Source: an uncultured Candidatus Saccharibacteria bacterium
GTDB taxonomy: Bacteria > Patescibacteriota > CPR2_A > CG2-30-33-46 > CAZGIU01
DNA: 35,161 nt
Reading direction: 5' to 3'
Assembly: GCA_964526535.1 (NCBI GenBank)
Contig: CAZGIU010000002.1
Location: 1-35,161, forward strand
The stretch's first letter is position 1; each line of letters starts with the position of its first letter. The position numbers and the translations under genes are program-made. A model generated the notes under the pieces. That model ran no database searches. It had not been told where the DNA came from and was given only the letters and a program-made list of their open reading frames with translations. Of the stretch, positions 25,514 through 34,614 are shown in pieces.

Positions 25514-27676
25514 TTAATCAGTTTCTTTCTTATTAATTTCTTCTTGGTCAGAGAAATCATTTTCTGTATCTTTGTTAAGTTCTGAAATATCTGTTATATA
25601 AACTTCTCTTGGCCTTGCCCCATCTTGAGGGCCAATAATACCTTGTTCTTCCATAATATCTATTAATCTAGAGGCTCGAGCATAACCAAGCCTTAAGCGT
25701 CTTTGAAGTAAAGAAGCTGAGGCCTTACCAGCCCTAATAACTTCTTCAACTGCTTGGGCAAACATTTCATCTTCTGAAGAAGCTGAAGAAAAGCTGCCTG
25801 TTTGATGTTTCTGTTCTGTTATTTCCTCATTGTAATTAGCACTCTCTTGTTCTTTCAAAAACTCTACAACTTTAACTGCCTCATCTTCTGTTGTAAAAGC
25901 ACCCTGGACTCTTTTTGATTTTGAAACTTCTGCTGACTGATAAAGCATATCACCATTACCTACTAATTTTTCTGCCCCCGCTTGATCTAGAATTGTTCTT
26001 GAATCAACCTGAGAGGCTACCTGAAAAGCAATTCTAGTAGAAATATTAGCTTTAATAAGACCAGTAATAACATTAACCGAAGGTCGCTGAGTAGCAACAA
26101 CCAAATGAATGCCTGTTGCCCTAGCTAATTGAGCTAATCTAACAATGGTTGTTTCAACTTCATTTTTAGAAGTAACCATTAAATCAGCTAGTTCATCAAT
26201 AACTATTACAATGTAAGGAAGTTTTTTATCTTTGTTAGTCTCGTTATATGACTTAATATCCCGACTGCTTTTGCTCTGAAATAACGAATATCTTGACTCC
26301 ATTTCAGTTACCGCCCATTTAAGAGCGTTAACCGTCTTATCAATTTCTGTAACCACTTCAGTTAACAAGTGGGGCACGCCATTATAAACAGAGAGTTCCA
26401 CTTTTTTAGGATCAACTAAAACCATTTTTAAATCTCTTGGGGAATTTTGATAAAGTAAGCTTAAAATAATATCATTGATGCAAACTGATTTACCTGAGCC
26501 AGTAGCCCCAGCAATTAACAGATGAGGCATTTTATCTAAATTAGCATAAAAAGGAGTCCCGGAAACATCTCTACCTAAAACTAAGGTTAAATTTGATTTT
26601 CTATTTGAAAATTCTTTTGACTCCAATAAAGCTCTTAGGCGAACGATAGAAACGGTTTTATTAGGAACTTCTATGCCAACCAAGGCTTTGCCTGGAATTG
26701 GAGCCTCTATTCTAACAGGATGAGCTGCTAAAGCTAAAGCTAAATCACTTGACAGGTTAGTAATTTTATTTAACTTAACGCCCGCCTCAGGTTTAAGAGT
26801 ATATTGAGTTACTGTTGGTCCAACATTAACATCAAGCATCTCAACCTGAATACCAAAGTTTGCCAAAGTTTGCTCTATAATTTTGCGATTTTCTTTAATG
26901 TTGCCACTTTCAGCTCTAGTGGTGGCTTCAGAAAGTAAATTTGTAGGTGGCAATTGCCAATTTTTATCAACAGAGGTTACTAAATGACTACTTGTAAAAT
27001 CAGCTTCTGGCTTATCGGTAACAACTTCCTTAGTTTTAAAGCCTAAAAAGGGTTTAACTTCTGGTTTAAAATCTTCTGGCTCATGAATTACTACGTTTGA
27101 TTCTCTTTCTCTATCTTTTTTAAATTCAGCTATTTTTTCTTTTATCTTTTCAGTAGTAGTGTTAAAAGCCATTAAAAAAGAAACAAGCAATAAACCAGTA
27201 AAAATTATTAAAGAAGCCCAGAATCCAAATAATTGGTTTGTTAAGAAAGCCACTCCAAAACCTAAATAACCGCCTCCGATACCAGAGGAAATTTCTTCTA
27301 TAGTTTTATCAAGAAAGAATAAAGCCACAAATGACGAAAAAGACAAGATAAAAAGCAAAATACCTATTAAGGTGGTTGGTTTGGTTTCAAATTTATCAGG
27401 TTTAATAAAGTTTAAACCAAGATATAGAAGTACTAAAGGAACCAAAACAGTGCCAAAGCCAATTATCATCTGAAAAGCACTGTAAACTATTACCCCTAAG
27501 CTACCAGCAAAACCCAAAGAAAATAGTAAAAAAATTAAACCTAAACCAATTAAAGAAAAACCAGTAATTTCTCTAACTGTATCAGGACTAAGAGTTAAGT
27601 CATAATTTTTGTTTGATTTTAAAGAAGAAAAAATTCCCTTTTTTCTTCTAGTATATTTTCTTTTTCTAGGTGACAT
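25514..27676 (-). CDS. ftsK: DNA translocase FtsK/SpoIIIE
   Basis: N-terminal multi-transmembrane domain. Motor domain with HLLIAGATGSGKSVCIN, VVIDELADLM and ATQRPSV. C-terminal gamma winged helix (SASLLQRRLRLGYARASRLIDIMEEQGIIGP). Confidence 0.93.
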   Translation of the reverse strand: MSPRKRKYTRRKKGIFSSLKSNKNYDLTLSPDTVREITGFSLIGLGLIFLLFSLGFAGSLGVIVYSAFQMIIGFGTVLVPLVLLYLGLNFIKPDKFETKPTTLIGILLFILSFSSFVALFFLDKTIEEISSGIGGGYLGFGVAFLTNQLFGFWASLIIFTGLLLVSFLMAFNTTTEKIKEKIAEFKKDRERESNVVIHEPEDFKPEVKPFLGFKTKEVVTDKPEADFTSSHLVTSVDKNWQLPPTNLLSEATTRAESGNIKENRKIIEQTLANFGIQVEMLDVNVGPTVTQYTLKPEAGVKLNKITNLSSDLALALAAHPVRIEAPIPGKALVGIEVPNKTVSIVRLRALLESKEFSNRKSNLTLVLGRDVSGTPFYANLDKMPHLLIAGATGSGKSVCINDIILSLLYQNSPRDLKMVLVDPKKVELSVYNGVPHLLTEVVTEIDKTVNALKWAVTEMESRYSLFQSKSSRDIKSYNETNKDKKLPYIVIVIDELADLMVTSKNEVETTIVRLAQLARATGIHLVVATQRPSVNVITGLIKANISTRIAFQVASQVDSRTILDQAGAEKLVGNGDMLYQSAEVSKSKRVQGAFTTEDEAVKVVEFLKEQESANYNEEITEQKHQTGSFSSASSEDEMFAQAVEEVIRAGKASASLLQRRLRLGYARASRLIDIMEEQGIIGPQDGARPREVYITDISELNKDTENDFSDQEEINKKETD

Positions 27677-27716
27677 ACAGAAATATTATAACTCAAAATA
27701 AACTGTTTGTCGCTTT

Positions 27717-29459
27717 TTATATTTCAATTACCACTGGCAAAACCATGGGATTTCGCTGAGTATGAGTGTAAAGAAATTGACTCATTTCGTCTCTGATTTT
27801 AGTTTTAATATAATTCCAGTTTGAAGGATAAGTTCCATCTTTTTTCTCTAGGGTTCTCCTGATAAAACTCCTGGCATTATTAATTAAATCCTCTGATTCT
27901 CTCATATAGACAAAGCCTCTAGAAATTATATCTGGACTTGATAAAAGTTTACCTGTTTTTCTATCTATGGTTAAAATCACAACAAAAATACCGTCTTTAG
28001 CCATAACCTGCCTGTCTCTTAAGACTATATTACCAACATCACCAATACCTAAACCATCAACTAAAACATAGTTAGCCGGCACTTTATGTTTAGTTACTTG
28101 GGAAAAGCCATTGTGATGAAATTCCATTATCTGACCATTGTCATTTACAAGAACATTGTCTTCTGGTATTCCAACAGAGTTAGCAATCTTGCCATGCATA
28201 ACCAACTTATGTCTCTCACCATGAATAGGGATTAAATATTTGGGCTTAACTAAATCAATCATTAGTTTTAAATCTTCTTGAAAAGCATGACCACCGGTAT
28301 GAACATCCATTATTTTATTGTAAATAACATTAGCACCTTCTCTAAATAGATTATCCATCATAGAGACTATGGATCTTTCATTGCCTGGAATTGGAGAGGA
28401 AGACAGAATTATAGTATCGCCTTTTTTAATTTTAACCTGCTTATGCTCACCAACAGCCATTCTCATTAAACCAGACATTTCTTCGCCCTGAGAACCAGTA
28501 GTTATGATACAAACCTGATCATCGGGTAATTTAGAAACCTCTTTAATATCAGCTAAAAGATTTTTAGGAATTTTAAGATACTGCAGTTCTCGAGCTATCT
28601 CAACAGTATCGTTCATGCTTCGCCCAACAATTGCAACCATACGACCATGTTGAGCAGCAGAATCTATAACTTGTTGAATACGAGAAATTAAAGAGGAGAA
28701 AGAAGCAATTATTAGTCTACCTTTAACCTGGGAGAAAATGTCCATTAATGTTTTACCAATATCTTTTTCTGAAATAGAATGACCTGGCTTATCAACTGAG
28801 GTTGAATCAGAAAACAAACCTAAAACATTCTGACCACCATATTTAGCTAATTTAGAGAAATCAGTTGGCTTTTCATCAACTGGAGTATGATCAAACTTAA
28901 AATCACCTGTATAAACAAAATTACCGACAGGGCTTTTAATAAATAAGCCCATGCCATCGGGTATATTATGATTAACTCTAAAAAATTCTATCTCAAAACA
29001 ACCAAGCTTTATAATATCTTTATCAGGATCAACAATATTAACCTTAAGTTCTTGCGGATATTTAAACTCTTCCTGTTTTTTCTTAATCATAGAGGCAGTT
29101 AAACGACCTGTATAAATAGGCACATTAAATTTCTTCGGCATAATATAAGGTATAGCCCCTATATGATCCATATGACCATGGGTGACTACTAAGCCTCTGA
29201 TTTTATCTTTGTTTTCTTCTAAATAAGTAGTGTCGGGCAAAATATAATCTATGCCCAGCATTTCCTCATCTGGAAATTGAAAACCCATATCGATAATCAT
29301 AATATCGTTTTCATACTCAAAAAAAGTAATATTTTTACCAATTTCTTCTACTCCGCCTAAGGGAATAACCTTTAAACGAGGACTTTGATCTTTTCTGGTC
29401 TGAACCTTTTGGTTTTTTTCAGTAAAATTTTTTCTATTTTTATTTTTTTGATTTATCAT
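27717..29459 (-). CDS. rnj: Ribonuclease J (metallo-beta-lactamase / beta-CASP)
   Basis: VTHGHMDHIGA motif, beta-CASP region, HTGGHAFQEDL and a C-terminal domain. It has a basic N-terminal extension of about 30 aa. Confidence 0.9.
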   Translation of the reverse strand: MINQKNKNRKNFTEKNQKVQTRKDQSPRLKVIPLGGVEEIGKNITFFEYENDIMIIDMGFQFPDEEMLGIDYILPDTTYLEENKDKIRGLVVTHGHMDHIGAIPYIMPKKFNVPIYTGRLTASMIKKKQEEFKYPQELKVNIVDPDKDIIKLGCFEIEFFRVNHNIPDGMGLFIKSPVGNFVYTGDFKFDHTPVDEKPTDFSKLAKYGGQNVLGLFSDSTSVDKPGHSISEKDIGKTLMDIFSQVKGRLIIASFSSLISRIQQVIDSAAQHGRMVAIVGRSMNDTVEIARELQYLKIPKNLLADIKEVSKLPDDQVCIITTGSQGEEMSGLMRMAVGEHKQVKIKKGDTIILSSSPIPGNERSIVSMMDNLFREGANVIYNKIMDVHTGGHAFQEDLKLMIDLVKPKYLIPIHGERHKLVMHGKIANSVGIPEDNVLVNDNGQIMEFHHNGFSQVTKHKVPANYVLVDGLGIGDVGNIVLRDRQVMAKDGIFVVILTIDRKTGKLLSSPDIISRGFVYMRESEDLINNARSFIRRTLEKKDGTYPSNWNYIKTKIRDEMSQFLYTHTQRNPMVLPVVIEI

Positions 29460-29612
29460 TTATCTCCTTCTAAACACCTCAAAAGAACACTCAAAAGTGC
29501 CTTTTAGGGAGTACTTAATTTTCTAAAAGAAAAATCATAAAATTGATTTATTTTAAATTTTATTTGAGTTCAAAAGATAGTACGTGCTCAACGTTTCCTT
29601 AGTCTTTATTTA

Positions 29613-29641
29613 ATTATACTACAAAAAATCTATTTGGTCAA
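29613..29641 (-). promoter_or_regulatory. Near-consensus sigma-70 promoter for rnj
   Basis: On the minus strand, TTGACC (29636-29641), a 17-nt spacer, then TATAAT (29613-29618). This predicts a 5' UTR of about 145 nt. Confidence 0.65.
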
Positions 29642-29650
29642 TGGGTAAAA

Positions 29651-31717
29651 TTAAAGATCTTTTCTTATTAAATTAACCCTGCCCTCAGAATCTATCTCAG
29701 AAACTGCTACTTTCATTTTATCGCCAACTTTGACTACTTTATGGATATCTTTAACAAATTCTTTTGAGATTTTTGATATATGAACTAAACCCTCTTTACC
29801 TGGCAAAATTTCTACCATAGCGCCAAAATTTAAAACTCTGGAAACAAACCCTTCGTAAATTTCTCCCACTACCACCTCTTTAGTTAGATTTTTAATGATT
29901 TCAAGAGCCTTTTGATTAGCTTTTTCATCAGGTGAAAAAATCATAACCTTGCCATCATCTTCAATATCTATTTCAACCCCAGTATCGGCAATAATCTGAT
30001 TAATAACCTTGCCTTGTGGTCCTATTACATCTTTTATTTTATCTACGGGAATTTGCAATTGGCTTATCCTTGGAGCATATTTAGATAAATCTTTTCTTGG
30101 CTCTTTAATAGCTTTGGTCATAATATCTAAAATATTTAATCTAGCATTATAGGCTGAATCTAGAGCCTCTTTTAAGATTTCTTTATCAATACCTTTAAGT
30201 TTAGTGTCCATTTGAATAGCTGTAATCCCTTTTTTAGTACCAGCTACCTTAAAATCCATATCACCACAGAAATCTTCCTGAGCAATAAGATCGGTTAATA
30301 ATTTATATTTTTTACCGTCTTCTGAGGTTACTAAACCAATAGAAATACCAGCTACTGGAGCTTTGATGGGCACGCCAGCATCCATTAGCGATAAAGTGCT
30401 ACCACAAGTTGCAGCCATTGAAGTTGAACCATTGGAGGATAAAATTTCAGTAACTAACCTAATAGTATAAGGGAAATCTTCTTTGTCTGGCAAAACATTA
30501 ACTAGAGCCTTTTCAGCTAAGGCACCATGTCCGATTTCTCTTCGGCCAGCTGATTTAATTGGTTTAGCTTCACCATTTGAATAAGGCGGAAAATTATAAT
30601 GATGCATGTAGCGCTTAGAAGTATCTAGTTCCATAGTGTCTAAAATCTGAGCATCCGAAGCTGAACCTAAGGTAGCAATAGTTAAAGATTGAGTCATGCC
30701 TCTTCTAAACATAACTGAGCCATGAGTTCTAGGCAGAATTCCAGCCTCTATGTCTATTTTTCTAAGCTGATCTAATTTTCTACCATCAGGACGTTTATCT
30801 TTTTCTAAAATATTATCTCTAATTATTTTTTTAAGAAACTTTTCGAAATATTCACCGGCTAATGATTTTTCTTCATCTTCAAACTTTTTTAAAAGCTCAT
30901 CCTTAACTTCAAAAACAGCTTTTTTAAGCTCGTCATTGCCATAAACAGCTTTATCTATTTTTTTTAAAACTTCTTTTTCAACAGCTTCTTTTAATTTTTT
31001 ATTTTCCTCTGATTTTTCAATGGATATTTTTTTAAGACCCACCTTTTTAACTAATTCAGTCTGTAATTTATTTAAAACATTAGCCTCAGAAACTGCCAAA
31101 TCAAAAGCTTTTTTTAAATCTTTATCTTCAGCTTCCTTGCCTTCTGTTTCTATCATGGTAATTTTGCCATTAGCAACTGATATTACTGCTTCAAATTCAC
31201 TACCATTAACTTCTGGTAAGGTTGGATTTATTAAAAATTTATCTTTATTTTTAGTAATTCTAATAGCGCAAACTGGGCCTTCAAAAGGGATATCTGAAAT
31301 CGCCAAAGCAGCAGAAGATGCTAAAACAGCTAAAATATCAGGATCGTTTTCCTGATCAATTGATAAAACGGTTGCTACCACCTGAACATCTTTTCTTAAA
31401 TCATCATCAAAGAGAGGTCTAATTGAGCGATCTATTAGTCTACCTGTTAAAACCGCTGACTCTGAAGGACGCCCTTCTCTTTTAATAAAACGTGATCCTA
31501 ATATTTTTCCAGCAGCATACATTTTTTCTTCATATTCAACCATCAATGGAAAATAATCCAGTCCATCTCTTTCTTGATTGGCCATAGTGGCGTTAGCCAT
31601 TACTACGGTTTCACCTACTTGAGCAAAAACAGAACCATTGGCTTGCTCTGCAAAGCCACCTGTTTTAAGTTCAACTTTCTTGCCACCCATAGTGACAGAT
31701 ACAATAGTTTTGTTCAT
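29651..31717 (-). CDS. pnp: Polyribonucleotide nucleotidyltransferase (PNPase)
   Basis: Two RNase PH-like domains (RPDGR..., GSTSMAATCGSTLSLMDAGVP), a KH domain (VIGPQGKVINQI) and a C-terminal S1 domain (GEIYEGFVSRVLNFGAMVEI). Confidence 0.96.
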   Translation of the reverse strand: MNKTIVSVTMGGKKVELKTGGFAEQANGSVFAQVGETVVMANATMANQERDGLDYFPLMVEYEEKMYAAGKILGSRFIKREGRPSESAVLTGRLIDRSIRPLFDDDLRKDVQVVATVLSIDQENDPDILAVLASSAALAISDIPFEGPVCAIRITKNKDKFLINPTLPEVNGSEFEAVISVANGKITMIETEGKEAEDKDLKKAFDLAVSEANVLNKLQTELVKKVGLKKISIEKSEENKKLKEAVEKEVLKKIDKAVYGNDELKKAVFEVKDELLKKFEDEEKSLAGEYFEKFLKKIIRDNILEKDKRPDGRKLDQLRKIDIEAGILPRTHGSVMFRRGMTQSLTIATLGSASDAQILDTMELDTSKRYMHHYNFPPYSNGEAKPIKSAGRREIGHGALAEKALVNVLPDKEDFPYTIRLVTEILSSNGSTSMAATCGSTLSLMDAGVPIKAPVAGISIGLVTSEDGKKYKLLTDLIAQEDFCGDMDFKVAGTKKGITAIQMDTKLKGIDKEILKEALDSAYNARLNILDIMTKAIKEPRKDLSKYAPRISQLQIPVDKIKDVIGPQGKVINQIIADTGVEIDIEDDGKVMIFSPDEKANQKALEIIKNLTKEVVVGEIYEGFVSRVLNFGAMVEILPGKEGLVHISKISKEFVKDIHKVVKVGDKMKVAVSEIDSEGRVNLIRKDL

Positions 31718-31759
31718 TTTTCTCCTTTTAGCCAGAGATTAGGAACTGAGGAAAAGGCA

Positions 31760-31779
31760 ATGTTAAGTTAAGTTAACAT
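31760..31779 (-). promoter_or_regulatory. rpsO-pnp intergenic hairpin (attenuator or processing-site candidate)
   Basis: 7-bp stem atgttaa/ttaacat with a 6-nt loop, followed on the minus strand by ugccuuuucc (a weak U tract). Confidence 0.4.
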
Positions 31780-31819
31780 CTTCTTCATCTCCAACTCCTA
31801 AACTGGCAATAAATTTATC

Positions 31820-32077
31820 CTATTTTTTTAAACCAAGCTCTTTAATAAGAGCTTGATACTCTTTTGGCTTTCTTTTTGAAAGATAATCCAAAAGTCTTCT
31901 TCTTTTGCCAACCATTTTTAAAAGCCCGCGCCTGCCGGAAAAATCCTTTTTATGACTCTTTAAGTGATCTGTTAATTGAGCTATATTTTCTGTCAATTGA
32001 GCCACTTGAACAGAGGCAGAGCCAGTATCTTTGGCGTGCTTTTTAAAATCTTTTTTTGTTTGTTTTGTCTCGGTCAT
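31820..32077 (-). CDS. rpsO: 30S ribosomal protein S15
   Basis: [50 protein letters not shown]. The longest ORF (to 32086) starts at TTG, and ATG at 32077 is the more conventional start. It sits in the classical rpsO-pnp arrangement. Confidence 0.88.
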   Translation of the reverse strand: MTETKQTKKDFKKHAKDTGSASVQVAQLTENIAQLTDHLKSHKKDFSGRRGLLKMVGKRRRLLDYLSKRKPKEYQALIKELGLKK

Positions 32078-32102
32078 ATAAAACAATATACACTATTTAT
32101 TT

Positions 32103-33257
32103 TTAAGACTCAATACCTTTTATTAGGCCTATCTGGTAACTATAATCTGCTATTTTTTTAATAATTTCTTTTTTTAAGTCTGTTAGATTTTGGCCTTTAA
32201 GCGAAAAACTGCCTCTGTTTAAAGCTGCTTGACCTCCAAATAAAAAAGCTATTTTCTTAGCCTCAAAACCTTCTTTAGTTCTCACAAAAACTTTTAGCCC
32301 GTCGGTCCTTTCAACAAAAAGCAAATAAATATTAATATTAGCAACTGAGGATAAAAGTTCATCTAAAACACCGTTAACTATACTAGCATCCAAAGAAGCT
32401 ATTTCAGCTTCTTCTGGTGAAATTTCAGACCATAAAATTTTATGCTTATCGTCTGTTTCTATTTTAGACAAAATCTTACCCCAAAGCTTAAGTATCTCGA
32501 AAGACTTGCTCTTAAAAACATTTTTAACTATTTCTGAATGTCTGGCACCCGCAGCAATTAATTGAGCACTAGTAGTTAATGATTTAGGAGTGGTTTTAGA
32601 GTTTTGAAAACTATTAGTATCAAGAATGAGACCTGTTAAAAGACAAGTAGCAATATCTGGGTCCATAAATTGACTGCCTAAGGAATCAAACAAAGAAACT
32701 AAAATTTCAGCCACCGAAGAAGCAGTTAAATCAACGTAATTTACAGTACCAAAATAACTGTTCTGAGAATGATTATCGATATTAATAATAGGCCGCTGGT
32801 AAAAAAATTCCGAATTTTTATCATAAAAATTGCCCAATTTTTCTAAACTAGCTGTTCCAATAGTAATTATTAAATCAAAGTCTATCTGGCTCTTGGAAAA
32901 AAAAATATCTTTTTCTGAAAAATTGCCATTTTTAGAAGTAATGTAAAACTTAAGATGATTATCCTTTACCTCATAACTCACTTTATCGACTTCATCATTT
33001 TCCAAAGAAAGAGAAATAATAAAATCGTTACTTTCTGGTAATTTTTTTAAAATTTTCTCAGCTTTTGGCAAAAAACTTAAACCGCCCTGATATTCTTCTT
33101 TAAGGATTAAATTTTTTTTAGCCATTTTTTCTAAAAAAAGACTCGCAGCTAAACACAAAGAAGCTCCTGAATCATTATTATTAAAACCTGAAATCAAAAG
33201 AATATTATTTGCTTTTTTGATTAATTCTGATGCTTGTTGTTTTGGTGTTAAATCCAT
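32103..33257 (-). CDS. DHH/DHHA1-family (NrnA-like) protein with degenerate catalytic motifs
   Basis: The overall NrnA-like layout is recognisable (…GLILDTNSF… motif IV, and a DHHA1-like C-terminus). Motif I reads NNNDSGAS (expected DxD), motif II reads TIGTAS (Asp lost), motif III reads IDNHSQ (expected DHH), and the GGGH motif reads FGGQ. Confidence 0.6.
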   Translation of the reverse strand: MDLTPKQQASELIKKANNILLISGFNNNDSGASLCLAASLFLEKMAKKNLILKEEYQGGLSFLPKAEKILKKLPESNDFIISLSLENDEVDKVSYEVKDNHLKFYITSKNGNFSEKDIFFSKSQIDFDLIITIGTASLEKLGNFYDKNSEFFYQRPIINIDNHSQNSYFGTVNYVDLTASSVAEILVSLFDSLGSQFMDPDIATCLLTGLILDTNSFQNSKTTPKSLTTSAQLIAAGARHSEIVKNVFKSKSFEILKLWGKILSKIETDDKHKILWSEISPEEAEIASLDASIVNGVLDELLSSVANINIYLLFVERTDGLKVFVRTKEGFEAKKIAFLFGGQAALNRGSFSLKGQNLTDLKKEIIKKIADYSYQIGLIKGIES

Positions 33258-33267
33258 AATAATAAAA

Positions 33268-33317
33268 CCTAAAAATAGGGAATTTTTTAGGATATCACTT
33301 TAATAAAGATAGGTCAA
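33268..33317 (-). promoter_or_regulatory. Hairpin/terminator after pilD overlapping a putative promoter for the DHH-rpsO-pnp block
   Basis: 8-bp palindromic stem cctaaaaa (33268-33275) / tttttagg (33284-33291), followed on the minus strand by uuuuauuauu. On the minus strand, TTGACC (33312-33317), a 17-nt spacer, then TATCCT (33289-33294). Confidence 0.35.
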
Positions 33318-33324
33318 TATTTAA

Positions 33325-34137
33325 TTAATATAAAAGAAGATTTAAGTACCAATTTATTAAGTCTTGACCATAAATAAAAGCTATTAAACTACCAGCTATT
33401 AAAAATGGACCGAAAGGTATTATATCCTTTCTGGTTTTTAATTTCAGAACAATTAAAATTATAGAAATAACAGCTCCAGATATATAAGAAATAAATAAAG
33501 CCATTAAGGTAAGATGAAAACCTAACCAAAGACCTAACAAAAGCCCTAATTTAATATCGCCGCCACCTACCCATTTTCCTTTAGAAATAAAATACTGAAC
33601 AGCAAAGAAACCTGAAAAAACAATCATACCAAAACCATAATTAAAAAGATTGAAATTGAAATTTAAAAAATAAGTAACAAGAAATATAAAAAGTGATAAT
33701 AATAAAACTGGAGTTAAAATTTTGTCAGGAATCAAATAATATTTTAAATCATAAACAAAAATAGCCAATAAACTTAGAACCAAATAACCGAAAAGTAAAA
33801 AAATCAAATAGCTATCATAGTTATTTAAAAAAGATAATGAATTTTTAATAAAATCGATTTGACTCCAAACGCCCACCAACAATAAAGCAGAGGTAATTTC
33901 AACCAAGGGATATTGCCAAGATATTTTTTTACCGCAATAGCGGCACTTGGCTTTTAAAAAAATAAAACTTAAAACAGGAATTAGATCCCAGAAACCTAAT
34001 TTTTTATGACATTTGGGACATTTTGAGCGACCCTTAACAAAAGATTCAGCTTTTTTTAAACGAAGGACTAAAACATTAATAAAACTACCTAAAATTAGTC
34101 CTAAAATAAAAATACTTATATAAGTTAAAATTTCCAT
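33325..34137 (-). CDS. pilD: Prepilin peptidase (A24 family, PilD-like) with an N-terminal zinc-binding domain
   Basis: CPKCHKKL...CRYCGKKI N-terminal motif, a polytopic membrane core, and GGGDIKLG and PFGPFL motifs. It abuts the upstream pilin gene's stop with no spacer. Confidence 0.88.
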   Translation of the reverse strand: MEILTYISIFILGLILGSFINVLVLRLKKAESFVKGRSKCPKCHKKLGFWDLIPVLSFIFLKAKCRYCGKKISWQYPLVEITSALLLVGVWSQIDFIKNSLSFLNNYDSYLIFLLFGYLVLSLLAIFVYDLKYYLIPDKILTPVLLLSLFIFLVTYFLNFNFNLFNYGFGMIVFSGFFAVQYFISKGKWVGGGDIKLGLLLGLWLGFHLTLMALFISYISGAVISIILIVLKLKTRKDIIPFGPFLIAGSLIAFIYGQDLINWYLNLLLY

Positions 34138-34548
34138 TTATGGCAATAAATATAAGTCTGTGCCTACTTCGTAAATAGGAAAAGACTCATTGCCCCCATC
34201 AATTTGGGCAGCCTCATCATGATTTAATTCTAAAATTGCATTTAATTCATAACGATTGCCGTTGGAAGAGACTGCATATAAATAATCACTATCTGTTGAT
34301 GGATCATTAGGCAATTTATTTAAGTAGCTACCAGAAAGTTCTAATAAATTTTCCGGATAAGTCTGATTATCTTCTATATAAAGATTTAGGGCATTCTGAA
34401 TTTCTCGCAAATCACTTTTTCTGACCGAATCCCTGGATTTGGTCCGAGAAACCCCATAAAACATAAAAGCCATTGAAGCTAAAATAACCACAATTGCCAC
34501 CACCACTAAAACTTCTATTAAAGTAAAACCTTTTTTATTTTTTTTCAT
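34138..34548 (-). CDS. Type IV pilin / GspG-like pseudopilin (second paralogue)
   Basis: Class III signal peptide MKKNKKG|FTLIEVLVVVAIVVILA, followed by the DLREIQNALNLY...P segment typical of GspG/PulG-like pilins. Confidence 0.85.
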   Translation of the reverse strand: MKKNKKGFTLIEVLVVVAIVVILASMAFMFYGVSRTKSRDSVRKSDLREIQNALNLYIEDNQTYPENLLELSGSYLNKLPNDPSTDSDYLYAVSSNGNRYELNAILELNHDEAAQIDGGNESFPIYEVGTDLYLLP

Positions 34549-34574
34549 CTTAGATTAATTTTATCATAAATAAC

Positions 34575-34600
34575 AAAAAAGAGCCCTTTCGGGCTCTTTT
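34575..34600 (-). terminator. Intrinsic terminator/attenuator between the two pilin genes
   Basis: Stem gagccc (34581-34586), loop tttc, stem gggctc (34591-34596). On the minus-strand RNA the stem is followed by uuuuuu (plus-strand A-run 34575-34580). Confidence 0.75.
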
Positions 34601-34614
34601 TAAAATCTAAACAA

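Noticed and set aside
5317-32161. Short ORFs from the six-frame track lying antisense to, or inside, long conserved genes: 5317-5553, 7333-7608, 10166-10354, 12573-12788, 17586-17837, 18707-18907, 19759-19950, 23985-24182, 24499-24684, 31020-31355, 31574-31771, 31864-32046 and 31976-32161.
   Set aside because: Each is wholly or mostly embedded in a confidently identified gene on the other strand or in another frame. Their translations are low-complexity and rich in Phe/Leu/Ile/Ser, as expected from the reverse complement of Lys/Glu-rich AT-rich coding sequence. None has an SD or a recognisable motif. They are shadow ORFs.
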